In this document: positions 9,701 to 18,728 of the stretch, piece by piece
How positions within the stretch are numbered: position 1 is the first letter of the stretch
Layout of the letters: each line of letters starts with the position of its first letter
IMG/VR virus record: IMGVR_UViG_3300031466_000110
Reading direction: 5' to 3' (one strand)
DNA: 64,000 bases
DNA from: a virus
Position numbers and translations under genes: made by a program
Notes under the pieces: model-generated
What the model was told of the DNA's origin: nothing
Databases searched by the model: none
The model's input: only the letters and a program-made list of their open reading frames with translations

Positions 9701-12700
9701 CCACCCTTACCAGCCGCCGAGCCGCCACCTTGAGCGCCCCAAACCTCCAGTTGATACTTACCCGTTGCCGGAGCCGTGTAGGTTTGGACACTGCCCGTAT
9801 AGCTGAAGTTCTTCACCGGATCGGTAGCTGGAACTTCTGTACCGCCACTGGAGCCACCTTCCAAGATGATTCGGGCAAAACCGTGACCAGAATGCCCCGT
9901 TTGCGTTCCACCACTCGGAGCGGGCATCGTTTGGTTGCCTGCGATGGTTTGCCCTTCGGTTACCCCACCAATATAACCAGAGCCGCCACCGCCGCCAGAG
10001 TCGTCAACCAACGAATGGTCGGAGTTTGCACCGCCTCCACCGTAGTAACCACCGCCGCCAGCACCGCCATAGTTTCCGTCGGAACCCGTTGTACCATTAC
10101 CGCCTTTACCAAGCGAACCCCACTGTCCGCCACCAATACCACCACTGCTTTGCGTACCGCCACGACCCGGATCACCGTAACGGTCTTCCCCGTCACCGCC
10201 AGACATACCGCCACCGTAACCACCGTAGCCCGCTTGAGCGCCACCGCCGCCGCCAGCAACGATAATCCGATGTTCGAGTCCAGTTCCACCGAGCCTCATG
10301 TCGGTACCGCCGCCACCACCGTAAGCCACACCGCCAGTGCTACCACCGCCGTTCCAGCCACCGTTTTTATCGCTAGTGGTACCCCCAACATAGACGTACA
10401 GCTTTTGACCTGCAGACAGATTAATCTTACCTTTCGAGTAACCACCCTTACCGCCACGCGAACCACCACCCTGAGCGCCCCAAACCTCAAGGAGATAAGT
10501 ACCAGAACGCGGAGCCGTGAAGACTTGACTGTTACCCGTGTAGTTGAACGTCCACTCACGCGTCAAGTTCGCATTATGCTCTTCCACCGCTTTTTGAATG
10601 ATGGAATTGATATACGCATAATGGATACAGTTTGCGTCATGAACGTGAACGTTGTTCTGCGACAGGGTATTGAGCGGATAGTTGTTGCAGATCAGCGTCG
10701 TTACCCCGTTCACTACACCCCAACATTCAGTGGTGTGAGTATGTGTGTACTGCTGATCATGAGCCTGCGTATAGATATAGCAAGCCTCGGTATGATGATC
10801 GGTGCCGCCCTTCTTCACGATCTTGAGGTTATCGAACGTGAAGTTCGCTTCATAGTTTTCGTTTGCGCCCCAAGTACCGATATGGAGACGCGACCCAATC
10901 CGGTTCGTCAGAGGGTTCGGTTCAGCCTTCAACGTCGCCGTGCGCTCAGAACCATTTACCCAAACTCGCGTATCCTTCGCGCTACCTAAACTCATATCAA
11001 CGCGAAGTTTGAAGACGGTATTATCATGCGGTACATCCCCAAAGGTAATATCCGCACCCTTACCTGTGGAGAGTGAGAGATACTTCTGATTCGCCGGAAT
11101 CCACAAGGTGTAACCGTCAAAGGAAACCAACATACGACCCTTACTACTTACCGAAGGAATCTTAATGTCCATCTCAACCGAAACAACGTCTTTATTGAGG
11201 TTCGTTACCCCCAAATCCGCAAGGTTGAAGGAGAGACGTTGCCCAGTGATTCGCATCGCATTACCAGAACCCAGACCATTCGAACCTGAAACGATACTTA
11301 CCGTTCCGGTGCGGAAGGTGTTGATATATGCACCTTTCGTCAAGTTCATGAGTTGAGTACCATTAGTATTGGTGAAATCGAAACGTGCCAACTCTTCGTC
11401 CAAATGATAACGACAGTTCAACACCCGGAACTCACAAAGCTCTGGGTCAAGAGGACAGACTTCCAACGCCGCACGTTCTGCGATAAGATTCGCCGCGCTA
11501 CCCGGAGGAAGTTCAACACGCTGGTCACGCAAATCCGGGAGCGAGATAATCATCGCATTTTCGACCGCGACAGGCGTATGAATGACCACATCATTGACCT
11601 TCGAGTGCATGTCCGAATATGGAGCTTTCACAACTACCCCAAGTTGATTACCGTAGTCCGGTTGCGCTTTTGCTCTATAAGTCGAAATTTTGAGTTCCTG
11701 CTCCGTATTCTTCGACTCCCAGCTCAAAATTCGCTTATAAAAGACATCGGCGTCACCTGTCGTATACAAACCGTTTTGGGTAGTCGGAATAATATCAGCA
11801 CTGTTCCAAATATAGAGCTTGCTCGGACGCGCTGGACGAGTGCGCGAAGCATTTACCCCGGCTCCATTACTGTCAAACTTAGTGGCGATAGGACGTTCAC
11901 CCGTTGGTGCGTTATTCAAAACCGTACCAGTAGTCTGATCCAGACCCCAATACTTCTTGTTATTATTCGCACCAGTACCCGTCAGCATGAATTTACCATT
12001 GTAGGAACCAACATAAATTTGGTTCACTTCCCACTTAGCCGCCGAGTTCGGGTTGTTATCCCACATTTCCTCTTTGGTTGCCTTAACAGGATCGAACTGC
12101 TGTTGAGCTTCCTTCGGCGTGGAATCCTTCTCAAAGTAAATAACCGCTTGGTCGCCGGAGGACGTTTGCAAAATCAACATGTCAGAAATGATGGTTGCGA
12201 CGTTCTTGGCTCTCCGACGCGCATCGAATTTCTTCCATTCAGGCGTTTTAACGTCGACGTCATCCGCAAATGAGGAGTAACCTGTATTTACCCCGCCTCG
12301 ACTGCGATGGTAGTTCTCCTCCGTGGTGTACTTCGTGTTGTTATAGAGAATACCAGTCGCCCACTTATTCGTATGCCCACCCTTAGTAGGTGAGTTCGGG
12401 TTACCGTTGTCTCCCATACCATCGGACTTATTCGACCTCGGTCCTTCATTGTACACAACGGTGTCATGCTGATTCCAGTCAAGTGAATACCGGATGCGTC
12501 CATGCTTACTAGACTGCGCCGCGACATCATCACCATTCGCATTCTGCTCTGCGATGTTGTAGAAGATCGTCGGATCACCTTGACGAATCGTTGCCTTCAA
12601 GGTGTCATTGTTATCCCCAAGCAGATTCTTCACTTGGGTAATGCGACCTTCCTGAATCTTATAAACCTCGACCTTCAAAATCTTCATATAGTCGAAGGTT

Positions 12701-15306
12701 ACTTTTTGCTTCCAAGTGTCTTCAACACCCGGAAGAATATGCAGACAGTTCGGTCCGCACAAATAGTGCGCTGGAACTTCAAAAGTCACCGTAATCGTAA
12801 AGTTCCCATCAGGGGAAGGATTCGTAGTAACCGTTACGGAACAAGGTGCACTTCCGCCTTTAGGTAGTGGTTTCCAACAACTTCCCGAGTTAGACGCATC
12901 TTTCGGTGGATTCGGATTATCTGTAGTAATCCGTGCGTTCCAACCCGTCTTTGAACGAGTGACCTTATCACTAGCAGAGGTATGAGTCTGCGTATGTGCA
13001 TTAACCTCGTTGATATACGCCTGAGCTTCCTGCTTTGCCCGATTATACTCCGTCATATCAGGCTCAGCCGGAACTACAACCGTAAGGTTACCAGAGCCAG
13101 TCTGAGTCTTCGGCTTCGCTTTATTCGGAATGGTACCAGTCCAAGTCTTAGTGTACACACCGCCATTATGTGGGTCTACCGTATAACCACCAAGGGTAAA
13201 CGGTTTTGCCGTATCCCCTTCCTTAAACTCATCAGGTACCCCACCCGTGAAGTAGGAGCGATACGTCCGCCATACCGAATCGACATCTTCCTTATATTCA
13301 AGTTGAATATCGACGATAAACTCACTACCCCCAACACCTACATACAAGCGCTTGTTGGAAGGTACACCAGACATAGCGTCCCACTGTTCTTGGTCAGGTT
13401 GATTATCCTTAAACTCCGCATAAGCAGAAGGTGAAGACGTGTAAATGATTGGATCAACCTTTGGTGGGTCAGGGTCGCGGATATACTCAGCGTAGTCACT
13501 GTTCGTGTAATATGTGTACTCTTGCTTTTGTCCAGTACGATCCGTATAGTAGAAAGTCAAAGCCAGCACATAATCAAAACGACGAGTTTTGTTAGGCTCG
13601 ATGGTATCGTTGATTGTTGCGATATCTTGTGTTTTAAGGACATGTTTCCCTTCAAGCCACTCAATGAACCAATTCGAGTCCAACCCAAACCCGTTACCTG
13701 CACCTCGATCAAGGTTAGCCTTACCATCAGGTTTCGGTGTACTAGACCGACGAGCTTCCGTAATCTTAACAATAACCATTTGCTGATTATTGACAAACTG
13801 CTCTTTCCACGCCGCGATCATTTCAACCGCACTTGGATCGTGCGTCAACTCCAATGGAGTAGGTACCCCAATCGTTTCCGAACGCCCTACCCGATAAGGT
13901 GCCTTATACTCAGAAGGAATAGTCAAACGAACCTTTGCACCTTTCGGAGGTGGACACTTAGAAGGATCTTCCGGACAATCTGGCTTTAACGTAATATCCT
14001 CCTTGGGCTTATCAAGAGCTTTTGCACTTATCGCGATAAAACCAAGGATGTTCCCGGAACCATTTGGATTCGTACCAAAAATCAGAGCGTCCATCGCGCC
14101 AACATTAGAACTAGTTGGCTTCCAAGTACCCGAGGACTTAGCGGAAGTACTGTAATACATACCCGGATACGCGATAGCCGATGAACCGTGAGAGAAGGGG
14201 TTATTTTCATCGTAAGCGTTTGAAATGCGATACTGGTTAGACCCTTCATCCTCAATCGTCTTATCAACGATGTAGTCCAGCATCTTATGCGTATTTCCGG
14301 CAACCGAATCATCCAACTTCGTCGTGTTGTACAAATCCCAACGAGAGTTGATCGACGTATAAAACATGAAGTAATCCAAACTTGGAATAATCGTCATCTT
14401 ACCCCCAGTGTAACTTACCGTGAGGGCAGTATCAATGACGATGGAAACCGGAAGACCGCCGCCCTCCAAATTACCGTAGCGCATCGCATCCTCGATGGCA
14501 CTATCCCACTCTTGCCGTTCGGGGGTTCCCGGATTAGTCAGAGCGCGACCAGCAAAAAGTAGACCGAGGAAACCGCGAAAAACTTCCTCTTTCTCCTCCT
14601 CAGTCATATCAGTATATTTCTTGCTTGCATTCGGGGAAATGAACTTATCAGCGCGATTCTTAATATCATAAGTCCGCATATCCGAGTTCCCACCAGTAGG
14701 AGCAAGGATATACGACCAGATCGCAAGAGCATGCTCTCGTGTGGTTTCATCCGCCTTTTTCTTCCACTCTCCACTTTTTACTAACTCCGCATAATTTGCA
14801 TTCCCCGTAAACGACCACCCGTTAAGGGATGAATCGCGTCCGGTGTTGTAAGGCGTACCCCACGTAGACGTTTGTAGAAAGACCACGCGTGCCTTAGCCT
14901 CCGGTGAATTCGCCGTCTCCAGCTTCTTCTGCCCAGAGTTATACCACGCGATCTCATAATTACCGTTGCTATACAACCCTTTCACGGCATCGGCAACCAT
15001 GAAAATCCCATTTTTATTCTTCGGGAAGCGATGCGAAAAAGTCTTACGCATTTCCACATATACCCCATCCTGCGGGTTGCGAAGACCCTCGTCCCGCACA
15101 ACACCGACCCGGAATGTCAGGTAGTCGATGTGCTTAATACCACCACTCAACCCGGTGGTAGCACCGGTTGAAGAAATACTTCCCGTACTACCCGTCGTAA
15201 CGTCCGCATGAGCGATGTCCGCCATTTGAAAGAAGGACGAGAAGAACATGACAAACACCATCAAGTATGCGAAGATACGGGTCTTAAGGCTGTACTGTGG
15301 ACTCAT
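6715..15306 (-). CDS. Giant (2863 aa) secreted adhesin-like protein with two Gly-rich domains and LamG-like and CBM-like regions
   Basis: Signal peptide ending IAHA-D. Tandem domains starting FNYTG..Q..TAP..G.Y.LEVWGAQGG at about 10555-9860 and 9812-9105, of the ALK/LTK-type glycine-rich family. LamG- and CBM-like calls rest on weak motif resemblance. No LPXTG or SLH recognised. Confidence 0.75.
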   Translation of the reverse strand: MSPQYSLKTRIFAYLMVFVMFFSSFFQMADIAHADVTTGSTGSISSTGATTGLSGGIKHIDYLTFRVGVVRDEGLRNPQDGVYVEMRKTFSHRFPKNKNGIFMVADAVKGLYSNGNYEIAWYNSGQKKLETANSPEAKARVVFLQTSTWGTPYNTGRDSSLNGWSFTGNANYAELVKSGEWKKKADETTREHALAIWSYILAPTGGNSDMRTYDIKNRADKFISPNASKKYTDMTEEEKEEVFRGFLGLLFAGRALTNPGTPERQEWDSAIEDAMRYGNLEGGGLPVSIVIDTALTVSYTGGKMTIIPSLDYFMFYTSINSRWDLYNTTKLDDSVAGNTHKMLDYIVDKTIEDEGSNQYRISNAYDENNPFSHGSSAIAYPGMYYSTSAKSSGTWKPTSSNVGAMDALIFGTNPNGSGNILGFIAISAKALDKPKEDITLKPDCPEDPSKCPPPKGAKVRLTIPSEYKAPYRVGRSETIGVPTPLELTHDPSAVEMIAAWKEQFVNNQQMVIVKITEARRSSTPKPDGKANLDRGAGNGFGLDSNWFIEWLEGKHVLKTQDIATINDTIEPNKTRRFDYVLALTFYYTDRTGQKQEYTYYTNSDYAEYIRDPDPPKVDPIIYTSSPSAYAEFKDNQPDQEQWDAMSGVPSNKRLYVGVGGSEFIVDIQLEYKEDVDSVWRTYRSYFTGGVPDEFKEGDTAKPFTLGGYTVDPHNGGVYTKTWTGTIPNKAKPKTQTGSGNLTVVVPAEPDMTEYNRAKQEAQAYINEVNAHTQTHTSASDKVTRSKTGWNARITTDNPNPPKDASNSGSCWKPLPKGGSAPCSVTVTTNPSPDGNFTITVTFEVPAHYLCGPNCLHILPGVEDTWKQKVTFDYMKILKVEVYKIQEGRITQVKNLLGDNNDTLKATIRQGDPTIFYNIAEQNANGDDVAAQSSKHGRIRYSLDWNQHDTVVYNEGPRSNKSDGMGDNGNPNSPTKGGHTNKWATGILYNNTKYTTEENYHRSRGGVNTGYSSFADDVDVKTPEWKKFDARRRAKNVATIISDMLILQTSSGDQAVIYFEKDSTPKEAQQQFDPVKATKEEMWDNNPNSAAKWEVNQIYVGSYNGKFMLTGTGANNNKKYWGLDQTTGTVLNNAPTGERPIATKFDSNGAGVNASRTRPARPSKLYIWNSADIIPTTQNGLYTTGDADVFYKRILSWESKNTEQELKISTYRAKAQPDYGNQLGVVVKAPYSDMHSKVNDVVIHTPVAVENAMIISLPDLRDQRVELPPGSAANLIAERAALEVCPLDPELCEFRVLNCRYHLDEELARFDFTNTNGTQLMNLTKGAYINTFRTGTVSIVSGSNGLGSGNAMRITGQRLSFNLADLGVTNLNKDVVSVEMDIKIPSVSSKGRMLVSFDGYTLWIPANQKYLSLSTGKGADITFGDVPHDNTVFKLRVDMSLGSAKDTRVWVNGSERTATLKAEPNPLTNRIGSRLHIGTWGANENYEANFTFDNLKIVKKGGTDHHTEACYIYTQAHDQQYTHTHTTECWGVVNGVTTLICNNYPLNTLSQNNVHVHDANCIHYAYINSIIQKAVEEHNANLTREWTFNYTGNSQVFTAPRSGTYLLEVWGAQGGGSRGGKGGYSKGKINLSAGQKLYVYVGGTTSDKNGGWNGGGSTGGVAYGGGGGTDMRLGGTGLEHRIIVAGGGGGAQAGYGGYGGGMSGGDGEDRYGDPGRGGTQSSGGIGGGQWGSLGKGGNGTTGSDGNYGGAGGGGYYGGGGANSDHSLVDDSGGGGGSGYIGGVTEGQTIAGNQTMPAPSGGTQTGHSGHGFARIILEGGSSGGTEVPATDPVKNFSYTGSVQTYTAPATGKYQLEVWGAQGGGSAAGKGGYAKGEIYLTKGQTIHIYVGGQGSRGTGTNGVLAGGWNGGGDVVSPYADGNNSSGGGATDIRVGGTNLSNRVIVAGGGGGVVTPMTATPHGGGTSGLAGTHNSTVTGTGGTQTGGGTGNYGNGELGKGANGSRAGAGGGYYGGGTSWGSYYGSGAAGGGGSGYIGGVTNGTLLAGDQAMPNPSGGTMTGRSGDGYARITPLTKFETSGLDISTTGMFGYTWAQLLGSQWSSILTITDNNGFITATLNQANLNARANTIPKTMPDGSSNPFLICMLSIGGYTSLGAMEGASLRQGASIVDQTYPGTNLKFKTIKLASGSDVPTATSKTLNLKPNAEYIVEFSYWTSGGTTKFNVDLYPDMLPEHHLTASSTVKKAQLSFKSGNANMANAALRFFNDLQRPNPTDVYITGIRIYPKPIYNAHEHNESCRLIKTLDCTEPHHIGQHYDKGNTICWDACGIDENHKKDHEHVQLPGGGSVTRSNFINLDYTFTLYFPNRGNFAEQPNMRGISTTMYTRGYGYTNNMDTTQYTAAKRVRFDFHVIYNNKLYRSGTWIDLPVNQEYFEFYLPLANKESVSAQVQFEAVPINGRPIGSPFNENYIDTANRARYAGIRALHGAYKQSYIDVVGRVGNFAVMDTEDFRFSNLFKEAKNDGTWQVEGLVPTVDPTKQNRYYGDLIDIRGVAYNKTNTYLDTYGNQSWKNKPPLALPVNALDNTIPALQGQYLKIGYDILADLTTIGDYQNGLVRVLPYYYKLDLDKGTITPLDVYTKVGDEYKPINKYRAADNGTLPTDLAPYNVSMSWADERERRNYSLSEATITERITNFYEEIITDSSGEKVIGRKQLPAPAGSYTSMGNAQRLVLDKKMRTFIGSSTTNGVNRNPGNVLPITDYDFQAQRWHLKFGVPSSAVFVPHGMQPTLENIESVKAGNSLILLAADIVVLGDVYTLRYQQPGVNSFTASKNGVTRTFSLVNSGLPPVIALYDTDTSSIIDIATKGSH

Positions 15307-15541
15307 CCGAAATTCCTCCTTTCTTACGTCTAAAGAAACGCGAAAACCAAGGTTTTCGCGACGGAACTTTAGGCGTTAATTGAGCTTCTAGAAGCGACGA
15401 CATACTGTCCGAGAACTCCGTGGAAACTTCTTTCTGGGGGCGGTAAGTACCCCCTTCCTGCTCGGAATGCTTATCCGCTTCCTCCAATAACTCGTTCAGC
15501 CGATCCGTCAGGGTAATTCGAGTCTTAACCACACATACCAC
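15284..15541 (-). CDS. Small hypothetical protein
   Basis: 85-aa ORF with RBS TAGGGGGTG (likely GTG start at 15532); overlaps the start of the giant gene. Confidence 0.6.
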   Translation of the reverse strand: MVCVVKTRITLTDRLNELLEEADKHSEQEGGTYRPQKEVSTEFSDSMSSLLEAQLTPKVPSRKPWFSRFFRRKKGGISDESTVQP

Positions 15542-15544
15542 CCC

Positions 15545-16270
15545 CTAACCTGCTTCATGGTCGAGTTCAGCTTCATCCCGATTCGAATACCCCACCACTG
15601 TGAAAACTAACTTGGTGTCAGGATCGACAGGTTCCGCCCGCTTACTTTTGTAAGCCTCGGTCAAACAACCCAAATACTCCCGATACGACAAGCCGGACAG
15701 AATATCGCGGTCAAAGGTAAGTACGACCGGATAATTCAAATCCTCCGTGCGCACAAGATATTTGAGTTTGACCGGATTCTCGACCTGCATCAAGGTTCGA
15801 TTAAGTTCCTTGAAAGACAACGGCTGAATCCGAAGAATGTTATTGGGGAACGAGAGCTTAAAAGCGCTCCGCAGATTCCACGCATTCAAACCCAACAACT
15901 CGCGACTGGAAACGTAAGAGTCATCCAACATGTCCTGAATTATGCTTCCATTCAAAGTTTTGAAGAATCCGAACCCTCCGGTATTTTTGAAGATCAGAAA
16001 AAGATTCAATTGTTGAAGGGGTGCGCAAACATAACTCAGGGCAGAGACTTCACGTTTAACGCGATAGTAAATCTCTTCCTGCACAGGTGCAGGAAGATCT
16101 TGCAAAAGTGGTTGCAACAACGAAAGATCCATAAGAACACCCCTGTGCCCGTAGTGTATAAAATACTCCTCACTCAACAGTACGGAAATAAAGTCTGAAA
16201 GAGCCGAAAAATTTCCGGTAACAGGGAATAAGATGCTTCCAACAGGAAAGAAAAGGACAATCGCCTTCAT
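15545..16270 (-). CDS. Hypothetical protein
   Basis: 241-aa ORF; start overlaps the upstream stop. Confidence 0.6.
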   Translation of the reverse strand: MKAIVLFFPVGSILFPVTGNFSALSDFISVLLSEEYFIHYGHRGVLMDLSLLQPLLQDLPAPVQEEIYYRVKREVSALSYVCAPLQQLNLFLIFKNTGGFGFFKTLNGSIIQDMLDDSYVSSRELLGLNAWNLRSAFKLSFPNNILRIQPLSFKELNRTLMQVENPVKLKYLVRTEDLNYPVVLTFDRDILSGLSYREYLGCLTEAYKSKRAEPVDPDTKLVFTVVGYSNRDEAELDHEAG

Positions 16271-17064
16271 TAGACGATTGTCCGGGAAAGGAAATCCCGC
16301 GATTTATCGCTGGTTGAAAAAGTACGAACCAACTCATAATAGGTAGCCGAATACATCGACGGGAGCGAGGTATGCCCAAAACCATACAAACCGCAACTAT
16401 AAAAGTGATGCATCTCCACCGGAACGGTGAATGTTCGACCTTTATACCGCATCAAACCAATGTCGAGCGTGTAAGCTATCGGGATGCGAACAGCGGCGTA
16501 AGAAGCACGACGGTACTCTTCGAGAACACGAACAAAGGTTTTCAAGCGATCTGAATTGAAGTGCCTGTCGTAGTCCCCCAAATATTGACGTACCCCAAGG
16601 ATTTCATCGCGAAAAACGAAAACTCGCCACTCCGCTTCAAAGTCCACGTACTCAGAGATGAAATATTTCCCCGAAAGGGTAATTTCCCCCTTAGAACGGA
16701 AAGGTGGGTTGCCTTTATATCGCTCAAGCGGCTTCACGAACCAATCCCCTTTAGGGATTTCCGATACCCCCGTGATTGTGAACACCCGGCGAATCGCCAT
16801 TTTCGGTACTGTTAACGGGTACGGAAGTTGAAGCGGAGGAACTCGCTCAATGCCGTGGTCACGCTTCAGAACCGCCTCCACAAAGTCAATGGAACCGACC
16901 GGAACCGTACCAAAAGGAACCTCATCCAATGAACGGTAGGCAGTTAAAGTATGATCGCTGGTACCTCGAAAGTCCCGAAGGAAGTTGATTTGCTCGCGGA
17001 GGGTGTAGACCGAGAGATCGGCAAAATGCCCTTCCGCATCAAGCAGAGTGGAGAAATTCGCCAT
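16270..17064 (-). CDS. ATP-grasp domain protein (DUF4343/R2K-like)
   Basis: WFVKP, ISEYVDFEAEWRVFV, YTLDIG and VEMHHFYSCGLYG match the DUF4343-type ATP-grasp pattern; RBS AAGGAGGGTG. Confidence 0.72.
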   Translation of the reverse strand: MANFSTLLDAEGHFADLSVYTLREQINFLRDFRGTSDHTLTAYRSLDEVPFGTVPVGSIDFVEAVLKRDHGIERVPPLQLPYPLTVPKMAIRRVFTITGVSEIPKGDWFVKPLERYKGNPPFRSKGEITLSGKYFISEYVDFEAEWRVFVFRDEILGVRQYLGDYDRHFNSDRLKTFVRVLEEYRRASYAAVRIPIAYTLDIGLMRYKGRTFTVPVEMHHFYSCGLYGFGHTSLPSMYSATYYELVRTFSTSDKSRDFLSRTIV

Positions 17065-17095
17065 CGGTTACACCCTCCTTTCAGCGATACAGATA

Positions 17096-18355
17096 TCAAA
17101 GATACGTGTCGGCAAGCTCCAACTCGGTGACGAGATGTCCTTCCGGGGTGAGAGGGATTACCCCTGCCTCTCCACCGTACTTGAAATGAATCGTGTTGCC
17201 CGGATACGCCTCCAAAAGCAGAATATAAACCGGAGCATAGAGCGGTACGTTCACCACTTTGTTGCCCGTAGCGGTGAGTACCCCATCACCTTCAAGAACA
17301 GCGACCGGAGTGAGTTTGGACTTACCTTTCTCCCACTTAATACGGGAGATGGTACCGCTGTAATTTTCCTGCTTCCACTTCCCGAGCTTCAAGGCAAGGT
17401 TTCCGTAACGGAACGATTCCTCCTGCCCCATCGCGGCAAAGACAGAAAGGTCGTCGACCGTAAGAACCAAACCGTCAGTGTAATAGGGATAACCTTGCGT
17501 CTCTTGCGCCGCTTTCTGGAGAGCGGTGTTGATGGTCATGTCCAGATCACGCACCGAGGACTGCATGGTGAAGAAGTAAGGGGTCTTGAACCCCAAAGAC
17601 GCGAGAAAATTGAACTTCTCCGTGAGCGTGGCGAAGCGCAACCCGTCCGCAAGAATATCATAGAACACCACGTCCAACAGACGCGTCTCCTCCGGCGTAG
17701 CCGAAGCCCGAATCATGGACGCGACCGCCGTAAATGCCGACTTGATTTGCGGGTTAAACGAACGCGCCTTCGCCAAATTGGAGAACGGCAGAACCGCCTC
17801 AGCGCGGGCTTCCACCAACCCGTAAGGGGCTAAGGTCGGATGGTACTCGCCCAAAATGAGCCGCATTTGCGGCGTGAGATCTTTCCCGACCGTCGAACGA
17901 CCGCGAGAAGTTGCCTTAACAAGATGCCCGTCCTTCCAAACGACACGGATGCCGTGACCGTTGAGCTTAATGCCAAAATGAAACGTATGCAAACCGGGCG
18001 GGAGTGCATCCTTGAACGTTTGCACACATTTGTCCGAAAGAGACTTGACCGTCTGGATGGACAGCATCGGATAAACCTTCAGGAAACGATCAAGGTCGGC
18101 ATCGAATACCCCCTGCGGGTCGTCAGCCGACCAAACGGTCTTGAGAACCGGGGAGTCCGGGTGAAGTTGCTGAAGATAATCCTTCAACGTGTCATATACC
18201 CCATCAGACACCAGTTCTTCACCACGTTGCGCGGCTTCATTCAATTCGAGGATCGCAGATTCCAAACGGTCGATAAGCTCCGCTCGTTGCTCCTGCGCCT
18301 CAATAAAGTTGAAGCGCGTGAATATCCACTGCAACCTATCATTCAAAGAGGACAC
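17096..18355 (-). CDS. Truncated NAD+-dependent DNA ligase-like protein (Ia + adenylation + OB domains only)
   Basis: VSDGVYD.L (domain Ia), PMLSI, motif I KLNG, SRG, TDGLV, LALK, TPVAVL. Ends at GGEAGVIP, the end of the OB fold; no Zn finger, HhH or BRCT. Confidence 0.82.
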   Translation of the reverse strand: MSSLNDRLQWIFTRFNFIEAQEQRAELIDRLESAILELNEAAQRGEELVSDGVYDTLKDYLQQLHPDSPVLKTVWSADDPQGVFDADLDRFLKVYPMLSIQTVKSLSDKCVQTFKDALPPGLHTFHFGIKLNGHGIRVVWKDGHLVKATSRGRSTVGKDLTPQMRLILGEYHPTLAPYGLVEARAEAVLPFSNLAKARSFNPQIKSAFTAVASMIRASATPEETRLLDVVFYDILADGLRFATLTEKFNFLASLGFKTPYFFTMQSSVRDLDMTINTALQKAAQETQGYPYYTDGLVLTVDDLSVFAAMGQEESFRYGNLALKLGKWKQENYSGTISRIKWEKGKSKLTPVAVLEGDGVLTATGNKVVNVPLYAPVYILLLEAYPGNTIHFKYGGEAGVIPLTPEGHLVTELELADTYL

Positions 18356-18431
18356 TGAAAAACCTCCTTACCGCAAAAGGATTTGACTTTTATAAAAATT
18401 GTAACTTGTAAGTTGGCAAAAAGAAAGCCCC

Positions 18432-18728
18432 TCACTCAGAGGGTGCGTAATAATATCCGGTTCCGCATTTGTTGCACCAAGCATAAACCAACGGAGTCCC
18501 ATCAGGAAAAGTCGCCTGATGCGACTGAAGAATGGTTACCCCCGTGGGGACACAGGCGTGGCGAAAAATCTCCGGTGGTTCCTTGAACTGCCTAAACGCT
18601 ACCGGACGTGGCGCACGAATAAGCTGATTGAGAAATACCTCTAAATTCGCCTTCGTCCGACGAGGTGGCTTAGGAGATTCCATCGGTGGAACACCCGGAT
18701 GCGGTGGTTGATTCGGAAACCCCTGCAT
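18432..18728 (-). CDS. Small protein with Pro-rich N-terminus and possible zinc ribbon
   Basis: HAC...WCNKC; RBS GGAGGGGT. Confidence 0.6.
   Translation of the reverse strand: MQGFPNQPPHPGVPPMESPKPPRRTKANLEVFLNQLIRAPRPVAFRQFKEPPEIFRHACVPTGVTILQSHQATFPDGTPLVYAWCNKCGTGYYYAPSE

Noticed and set aside
9105-10555. Duplicated segments in the giant gene considered as a DGR template/variable repeat pair
   Set aside because: Both copies are in-frame protein domains with only patchy DNA identity, no adenine-specific mismatch pattern was evident, and there is no reverse transcriptase in the window.
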